Shown here piece by piece: positions 24,379 to 30,255 of a stretch of 30,255 bases of DNA. The notes beneath the pieces were generated by a model. It did no database searches. It was not told the DNA's origin and worked only from the letters and a program-made list of their open reading frames with translations. Each line of letters begins with the position of its first letter. Positions within the stretch are counted from its first letter, which is position 1. The translations under genes were made by a program, and so were the position numbers. The stretch is from a virus. Taxonomy: Duplodnaviria; Caudoviricetes. Location: positions 1-30,255 of the IMG/VR virus record IMGVR_UViG_3300037479_000429, one strand, 5' to 3'.

Positions 24379-26688
24379 CTACACCCCCTGCGGGGGCTGT
24401 GGAGTATTCCCGACCGGGGCGGAGTTCTGATTCGAGTTGCGGAGCGCCCGCGCGGCGCCCGCGGGGGCGGCGCCCGCCGGAGGCGGAGCGGTCCCCGGAG
24501 GAGGAGAACCACCGGGGGGAGGTGCCCCGGCGCCTGCGACTCCCCTCGGCAACTGCCCCGCCGCTTGCTGGCTCAGCGCCAAGTCGATTTCCAGAAGATG
24601 AGCCGTGATCAGGCCTTCGAGCGCGGGCGATTGGCGGAACCACTCTTGCATCCGATCGCTGTTCGCCCATTTCAGGCACTCCGCCTTGTGAATGGCGGGA
24701 TCATACCAAGGACGCCACCGCAGAGGATAGGTCGGCAGATCGGTGGGCGGTATCCCGGGCGGAACGAGCGCGGGGCCGTTCTGCTCCAACCAGGTCTCGA
24801 ATGCCTGCTGCTTATTGAGCGCCGCCTGCACATGATGATCGAGGCCAGGCACGAGACTGGTGAGGCCTAATTCGGTGAGGATCGCGTACTGCGTCTCCGG
24901 ATTCGCCGCATCAAACATGCGCAATTGGTGGGCATGTTCGATCGCCGCGCGCCGCCCGAGGGCCGTCTTCGGGGTATGCGTGCCGTCTTCGATGACGAGA
25001 TGAACCTCCCCTTGAAGATCCGCTCGCTGAAATTCTCGAAAGATATATCCACGCGCCGGGGTGAGGACGGCCTGCGTCCGCTCATCCGGGCCGTAACTTC
25101 GTTCCAACTCCAGCGCAAAGTGCGCCCAGTCCCGATGGGCGAGTCCCCGGGCCTGAAACGCGCTGGCGAAGACCGATTGCGCGCGTTCGACCAGCAATTG
25201 CAGGGCACTGAACGCCTCGGTGCCCGCGGGTTTGACGCCTTTGAGGATATCGAGCGTTCCAGCGGCGGCTTCGATTTCGGTCAACAGCCGTTCCCGCCAG
25301 GCGATGAGCGACTGATCGATGGGAATGCCGGCTTCGCGGGTGGGTTTGGCCGTCCCGCCCGCCGCAAGCGCATTCCATTCGAGAATCAACCCTGGCAAGC
25401 CGGGTGAATCGCCGAGCCAAGCGACTTCCGCCCCTTTGGGGAGCATCCAAACGGGATTCGTCGTGCGGGTGGCGTGCATTTCGATGAGCGAGTCGAGGCG
25501 ATTGACCTGATCGATGCGTCCAATCACGGGATCGAGCGCGCCGGTCCCCAACACGCGGCCTCCGACGTGTTCGTAGGCCGCATGAGTGAAGGTGAAGAGC
25601 GGCTGATCGGCCTGGGTGCGGTAGGGAAGCGGTCCGGGGAGCCCTTCACTCTCCACATGCAACACGAGGGGACTGGATTCGCCGGCAAAGCGGGCCACCA
25701 ACCCGTCGGGGTACTCATGACACGGCCGATACCACAACTCATACTCCGCCACGCCCTCGGTGTGGTTGTCTCCGCCGGGGATGGTGGACCATCCGCGATG
25801 GAGGCCCCCGAGTTCACTGTGAAAGGGGAGGGATTTGAAAATAGTGAGACTCCGATCGGTCGGCGCATGCGCCCAGGCGATGCGATCCACATACGTACGG
25901 AGCTCTGGATGATTCTCGTAGTACGCCTTGTCTCGCCACCGCATGCGAATGAGATAGGGGACATCCGCCCAGCGGGCGTGATGGAGGGGGAAGGCGAGTT
26001 CGAGCGGCGAGAGGGGCGTGGTGACCGCGCGACTCTGCGGTTGGGCCTCGACGCGATCGGTCGGCGCGAAGGCGGAACCTCCACAGGTGGGACACACGCC
26101 TTTCCTCTCCGCAATCTGCGAGGATAACAGCTCCGTGCCACAGGTGAGACAGCGTTCGTAGGGGATATGCAGCACCCCATATTTCGGATCGTGATCTAAC
26201 CACGAGTGCAAAAAGGCGTTCCCGGTGATGATGAACCAGAAATCAAACTCGTTGAGGACTTGCGGAAGATCATGAACATCGCGGAGGATGGGGATCAAAT
26301 CATCCACCAACCCGGCCATGACCACGTTGCGAGGATCTCGCCCATTCGGACGCGCGTTGATCCCGATGTTGATCCCAGCGAACATGGATCGAATGGTGCG
26401 TTCAATCTCCGCCGGTTTGGTACTGATGGGTTTCGGGACGCCCCGAGCGAGTTTCGTATCCCGCCACTCCCCCGGATGCGAGGCGTAGGTCAACCACTGC
26501 CGGCCGAGACGATAGTAGAGATTGCGAAGCCAGATGCGTTCGTAGATCTGCCGGCCGTCGAAGGCTTCTTTCTTACACCGTTCGTATTTGGTGAGGAGTT
26601 TCTGATCATCATCGAGCGTCGACGCCGTCGCGCCGGCCGACGCGAGGGCCGGTGCCAACCCGCCGAGGGCGTCACGGAACGGGATCAT
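24379..26688 (-). CDS. Portal protein (large, P22-like) with zinc-ribbon insertion
   Basis: 769 aa after the terminase; YYRLGRQW, ITGNAF, QVNR, NPVW, LDHHVQ..HKAE, Pro/Ala/Gly tail. Confidence 0.85.
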   Translation of the reverse strand: MIPFRDALGGLAPALASAGATASTLDDDQKLLTKYERCKKEAFDGRQIYERIWLRNLYYRLGRQWLTYASHPGEWRDTKLARGVPKPISTKPAEIERTIRSMFAGINIGINARPNGRDPRNVVMAGLVDDLIPILRDVHDLPQVLNEFDFWFIITGNAFLHSWLDHDPKYGVLHIPYERCLTCGTELLSSQIAERKGVCPTCGGSAFAPTDRVEAQPQSRAVTTPLSPLELAFPLHHARWADVPYLIRMRWRDKAYYENHPELRTYVDRIAWAHAPTDRSLTIFKSLPFHSELGGLHRGWSTIPGGDNHTEGVAEYELWYRPCHEYPDGLVARFAGESSPLVLHVESEGLPGPLPYRTQADQPLFTFTHAAYEHVGGRVLGTGALDPVIGRIDQVNRLDSLIEMHATRTTNPVWMLPKGAEVAWLGDSPGLPGLILEWNALAAGGTAKPTREAGIPIDQSLIAWRERLLTEIEAAAGTLDILKGVKPAGTEAFSALQLLVERAQSVFASAFQARGLAHRDWAHFALELERSYGPDERTQAVLTPARGYIFREFQRADLQGEVHLVIEDGTHTPKTALGRRAAIEHAHQLRMFDAANPETQYAILTELGLTSLVPGLDHHVQAALNKQQAFETWLEQNGPALVPPGIPPTDLPTYPLRWRPWYDPAIHKAECLKWANSDRMQEWFRQSPALEGLITAHLLEIDLALSQQAAGQLPRGVAGAGAPPPGGSPPPGTAPPPAGAAPAGAARALRNSNQNSAPVGNTPQPPQGV

Positions 26689-26951
26689 ACAGAACTGGCC
26701 CCACTCGGCTCTTCCAGATCCGCGAAGATATCCGAGAGGGGCTGCGACGGCGTGGGCCGGAGTTGTGGGACCGGGATCGGAAGTTTGGTGAGGCTTTGTA
26801 GGAGATAGGTCCGCTCGACTTCGAGTTGATTGACCCGCACGCGCAGAAACTCCGCATGGGTCGCGACCAATTTCACGGTGGCCTCCGCCGATTCTCGCTT
26901 CGCGCGTTCAACGGCCAGGTCCATCAGAAGTGCCGATCGTCGAATCCACAT
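26685..26951 (-). CDS. Small coiled-coil hypothetical protein
   Basis: GGAGGAGG SD, TGATG and ATGA overlaps; LRVRVNQLEVER. Confidence 0.7.
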   Translation of the reverse strand: MWIRRSALLMDLAVERAKRESAEATVKLVATHAEFLRVRVNQLEVERTYLLQSLTKLPIPVPQLRPTPSQPLSDIFADLEEPSGASSV

Positions 26952-27325
26952 CACGTGCCCTCCTCCAGGCGTGCAGACGCACCACCCCGCCCCTTCACCA
27001 TAACGCGAACGGGGGAGGGCCTGCAACCCCCGCCACACGCGGCCCCCAACGCCTTCAACGCGTCGTCGACATCGTAGACGACGTGCGCTTCCCCGCGCCA
27101 ACGATCGAAAAAGTCCCGCTGGTGATCCCTCAATCGTGTTTGCGCGCGGCTCCCCGTGCGGCGCTTGATCTCCAGAAGCAGCGTGCGACCGCGAAATCCC
27201 ACCACCAAGTCGGGAAATCCACGGCCCACCGACGCCGCGTCGTACACGCTGGCGCCGACCCGCCTCAGCGCCGCCACAATCTCCGTGTGCCCGCGATCTC
27301 TCCGCGTGCGAGTCCAGTGCGTCAT
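26951..27325 (-). CDS. VRR-NUC-like PD-(D/E)xK nuclease
   Basis: EIVAALRRVGASV, GFPDLVVG, LLEIK, HQRDF..W. Confidence 0.85.
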   Translation of the reverse strand: MTHWTRTRRDRGHTEIVAALRRVGASVYDAASVGRGFPDLVVGFRGRTLLLEIKRRTGSRAQTRLRDHQRDFFDRWRGEAHVVYDVDDALKALGAACGGGCRPSPVRVMVKGRGGASARLEEGT

Positions 27326-27380
27326 GCGCGCGTGGGCCGCCTCGCCCCCGAGACCCCGTCGTCCGCGCCGCCTCCCACCC

Positions 27381-28952
27381 CTATCCCCGCTGCTCCTCCG
27401 CGTCGAGCGGTCCCCACATCTCCGTATACGGCCACCCCGTCGTGAAGGGACGCATCACCGATTCCTCCCGCTGGGCCTCATAGGCCCGCATCCGTTCAAT
27501 GTCGGCCCGATCCTTGGCCGAGAGCCGCTGGAGATCCCGTCCCGTCGGGGCCTCAACGGGGGTGGGCAGGGTGGGATAGGTCATGACGACATACCGCACG
27601 CCGTCGGGGAGATCATCATCCCGTTTGACCACCAACTCTCGATCCCGGAGACTCCCATCCGCGGCCGTCGTCTCCGCATAGCGATAGGTGGAGAGCTGAC
27701 GAATCGTCCGTTCCGCGTTCTGTCCATCCCCGCCGGCATTCGCGCCGACGAACCAGAGCCGCTTGGCGGCTAACCAGCTATGCACGCGGAGAATCCCGGC
27801 CTTTTGATCGTTGTTCGCGGGCGCGACCAGGAGGCCGTGTTGCGCAAACTCCAACCGCAAGGCGGCTTCGTTTTTGTTGGCCGCGTAGGAGACGTGCGTG
27901 AAGGGGGCCGCCAACCGGGTGATGGCGGCCAAGTTGACCGTGGGCGCCACCCCACGGGCCAGATAGTCGCGAAAGACGACCAATCCCTGCTCGGTGGCGA
28001 CGATAAACACGGCGGCAAAGGGGTGATCGACGCCGCTATCGAGTCCGACATGGAGCGGTCGATCACGCGAGACCTGCGGCCACTCCGGCAGGACGGCCCG
28101 CACGGCCTCGGCGCTGTGCAAGGTTTGGGCCGCGATCAGCTCTCCATACACCGCGCCCGTCAAGGTCACGAAATCCGCCTCGTATTCCTGTCGAAAGAGC
28201 CCATCGGGCATGGTCGAGCGGCGATAGGCAATCTCGGTCGCGGGCATCCCAGCCCCTTCGATCGATTTGGCCCGGGCCGCCCAGAAGCCAGGCGTCGGCG
28301 TGACCATCGCGGGCACCCAAAAGCGGTGATACACCCAATCATACCCGGCGGGCGTGGTCGTGAGATAACACACCCCATCCTGCCGCGCGAGCTGCGGAGA
28401 GAGCACGTCCCAGGCGCGTTCGGTCATCAGGGCGGCCTCATCGAGCCAGGCCCAGTGACTGGTGGGGCCGCGCCCGCGTTCGGGATCATCGAGCGAACGA
28501 AATTTGATGAGATGATCGTTGATGAGGCGCAATTCCTGATGCTCGTCGGACCAGTGAGCGACCCAGTCGGGCGGAATCAGGCGCAACAAGGTGGGCATGG
28601 TGGAGTCGTTGAGATATTTATAGGTCGGACCGCAGACCCATCCCACCCCCCGAGCACGCTGCAATTCCTCCCGCACCAGATGCGCCGCCGTCCACGTCTT
28701 CCCAAATTGCCGGCCGCAGATGAGCGCCAGATGTCGATAGGCCCGTTTGGGCTCGGGCCAGCCACAGACGAGCCCCGTGTCAAAGCGATGACCACAGCTC
28801 GCCAGGCCCTGCTCGTAGCGGACCGGGGCCACCTGCCGACAATGGGGACAGCGGCGAAGCCGCGCCGCCTCCCAAAACGCCGTCGCGTAGACGTTGGCGA
28901 TGAAGGGCTTGTCGAGATCGGCGCCGCAGGCGGGGGGGAGCCGACGGGCCAT
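27381..28952 (-). CDS. terL: Terminase large subunit
   Basis: Walker A CGRQFGKT, GPTY, Walker B WLDEAA, TTTP, FRQEYEADF, nuclease GLDSG..HP and DDLPDGVRY; TAATG start overlap. Confidence 0.95.
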   Translation of the reverse strand: MARRLPPACGADLDKPFIANVYATAFWEAARLRRCPHCRQVAPVRYEQGLASCGHRFDTGLVCGWPEPKRAYRHLALICGRQFGKTWTAAHLVREELQRARGVGWVCGPTYKYLNDSTMPTLLRLIPPDWVAHWSDEHQELRLINDHLIKFRSLDDPERGRGPTSHWAWLDEAALMTERAWDVLSPQLARQDGVCYLTTTPAGYDWVYHRFWVPAMVTPTPGFWAARAKSIEGAGMPATEIAYRRSTMPDGLFRQEYEADFVTLTGAVYGELIAAQTLHSAEAVRAVLPEWPQVSRDRPLHVGLDSGVDHPFAAVFIVATEQGLVVFRDYLARGVAPTVNLAAITRLAAPFTHVSYAANKNEAALRLEFAQHGLLVAPANNDQKAGILRVHSWLAAKRLWFVGANAGGDGQNAERTIRQLSTYRYAETTAADGSLRDRELVVKRDDDLPDGVRYVVMTYPTLPTPVEAPTGRDLQRLSAKDRADIERMRAYEAQREESVMRPFTTGWPYTEMWGPLDAEEQRG

Positions 28953-29296
28953 TAGTGGGGGGAACGGATCGACACGCGGTCGAGGACCGCCCGCAGGCGA
29001 CGCGACACGGACGGCCGACGGACCGCAGGCGTCGCCGGTCGCTGATCCCGATGCGTGACGGGAATCTGCGGCATCCACCGTTGGCAGTCCTGGACCAGGT
29101 GCACGCTCCGGTGCTGTCCCTCGTCACAGCCCACGGCCACCGACTGTCCACGATGCAGGGCGTCGGCGATCCGGGTGCGTACCCGCGCCGCCGCTCGATG
29201 GGACAGATCGGGGGACAGCGCGCGCACATCCACGACGACATCAGCCGCCGGGGGCGGTCCGTGACGATAGCCAAAACTGATCAGCCGCGGCGGCAT
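28952..29296 (-). CDS. Stand-alone RapZ C-terminal-domain-like protein
   Basis: SFGYRHG, ADVVVDVR, VAVGCDEGQHRSV, THRD match RapZ-C motifs SFGFKHG, AD.VFDVR, IAIGCTGG.HRSV, HRD. Confidence 0.8.
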   Translation of the reverse strand: MPPRLISFGYRHGPPPAADVVVDVRALSPDLSHRAAARVRTRIADALHRGQSVAVGCDEGQHRSVHLVQDCQRWMPQIPVTHRDQRPATPAVRRPSVSRRLRAVLDRVSIRSPH

Positions 29297-29298
29297 GA

Positions 29299-29916
29299 CT
29301 ACTCGGTCTCCGGATCCCACGCGGTCATGATTCCCCCCATCACGCCGTCGCGCAGTGGGGGCGTGCGCCCGTCCGGCCAGATGAGATTGACCTGGATCGC
29401 CGTCATCGGGGGCGGACCGGCCGCGCCCGCCTCCCGGAAGACATGCTTCAAGGTGGTCAACGTGACGTCGGCTTTGACGCGCTCGTCGGTGGAGTCCATG
29501 AGGGCCTCCAGATTGCGCACCACCTTCGGCTTGATGATGCCCTCCAACCGATCTTCCGGCTCATCGACCGTCTGCGGCGCAATGACCTGCGTGCGCACGG
29601 CGTGATAAAACTGCTGTTTGCACGAGGCCGCCGATTTGTATCCCACCTGCGCGGCAATCTCCTCCCACGTCAAGCCTTGGGCTCGAAGCGCCAGCATCTG
29701 CAAGGCTTTCTCGCGGAGAGCGGGAGTGATGCGACTGGCGGATTTCAGGGGCGCCAGCGCGATCGTCTCAGATCCACCAGCGGGGGGCGTCCGATCCTCC
29801 GGGTGAGGCATCGGTGAGGGCGCGGGCTGCCCACTCGTCGCCCCCGTCTTCCGTGCGTGGACCGTGGACGGCTTGGAGGAGCCATCGGAAGGTAAGCGTG
29901 TCAACGGGCGTGCCAA
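29299..29916 (-). CDS. terS: Terminase small subunit (HTH); start TTG 29916 or ATG 29811
   Basis: LRAQGLTWEEIAAQVGYKS HTH, helical oligomerisation segment, C-terminal IQVNLIW strand; upstream of terL. Confidence 0.75.
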   Translation of the reverse strand: MARPLTRLPSDGSSKPSTVHARKTGATSGQPAPSPMPHPEDRTPPAGGSETIALAPLKSASRITPALREKALQMLALRAQGLTWEEIAAQVGYKSAASCKQQFYHAVRTQVIAPQTVDEPEDRLEGIIKPKVVRNLEALMDSTDERVKADVTLTTLKHVFREAGAAGPPPMTAIQVNLIWPDGRTPPLRDGVMGGIMTAWDPETE

Positions 29917-30034
29917 ATCCCCCTCGCTCTCGGGCTAGTTCCATCATATACCGAAAGGCGTGGTATTCGCGCATCCAGTCCGCCCGCGATTCGCCCGCGT
30001 CCTGAACGCAGCGCACCGTCATCACGATCTGCAT
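29768..30034 (-). CDS. Hypothetical protein (88 aa)
   Basis: GGGAG SD before ATG 30034; promoter just upstream; overlaps terS. Confidence 0.5.
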   Translation of the reverse strand: MQIVMTVRCVQDAGESRADWMREYHAFRYMMELARERGGFGTPVDTLTFRWLLQAVHGPRTEDGGDEWAARALTDASPGGSDAPRWWI

Positions 30035-30055
30035 GACTCTCCCACGTCTGCAAGA

Positions 30056-30064
30056 AGTATACCA
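30056..30064 (-). promoter_or_regulatory. Extended -10 promoter TGgTATACT heading the packaging operon
   Basis: Near-consensus extended -10, 21 nt upstream of ATG 30034. Confidence 0.55.
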
Positions 30065-30107
30065 TCCTGAATTGAATGACGGTACTCCTCCAGGCCGCCT
30101 CGCCTCT

Positions 30108-30171
30108 AAAAAAAAAAATCGCGAGGGGACCCCCACCCCGGCTTCGGGTCCACCCTCGGCGCGGGGTCCCC
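30108..30171 (-). terminator. Inverted repeat plus T11 tract: terminator and/or packaging-site element
   Basis: GGGGACCCC (30125-30133) / GGGGTCCCC (30163-30171), followed on the - strand by TCGCGA and 11 T. Confidence 0.5.
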
Positions 30172-30255
30172 CCGGGGTGTGAGGATGAGACGGGCCGTGC
30201 TCCACGTCGGTCGTCGAGTGCGCGCCTCGCCGATGTTCCTCATCCGGCGAGAGCG

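Noticed and set aside
1-30255. Stop-codon reassignment
   Set aside because: Genes are full length in the standard code and TAG, TGA and TAA all end genes at tight junctions
1-30255. Frequent GATC/CGATCG words
   Set aside because: Could not be counted against a codon-aware background; plausibly due to ATC/GAT/TCG codon usage

Overview
High-GC tailed-phage (or prophage) segment with a podovirus-like layout; no tape measure, tube or sheath gene is visible. The + strand at the left carries a family A DNA polymerase split into two overlapping ORFs just before motif A. Almost everything else is on the - strand, reading right to left: hairpin/T-tract and promoter, terS, a small RapZ C-terminal-like gene, terL, a VRR-NUC-like nuclease, portal, scaffold, major capsid, decoration/fibre genes, adaptor, nozzle-like genes, five low-complexity ejection-type proteins, lysis genes (holin-like, M15 peptidase, DUF1353), a nucleotide-processing cluster (metallophosphoesterase, wHTH, C39-like, DUF1599/Nmad1-like, NDT-like) and a secreted serine protease module. 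Most notable: the split polA with about 77 nt of structured excess sequence and an altered dNTP-binding site, the RapZ-like gene between the terminase genes, a sigma54-type promoter back to back with a leaderless promoter, and an apparently split nozzle gene. All calls come from motif recognition by eye; no searches were run.
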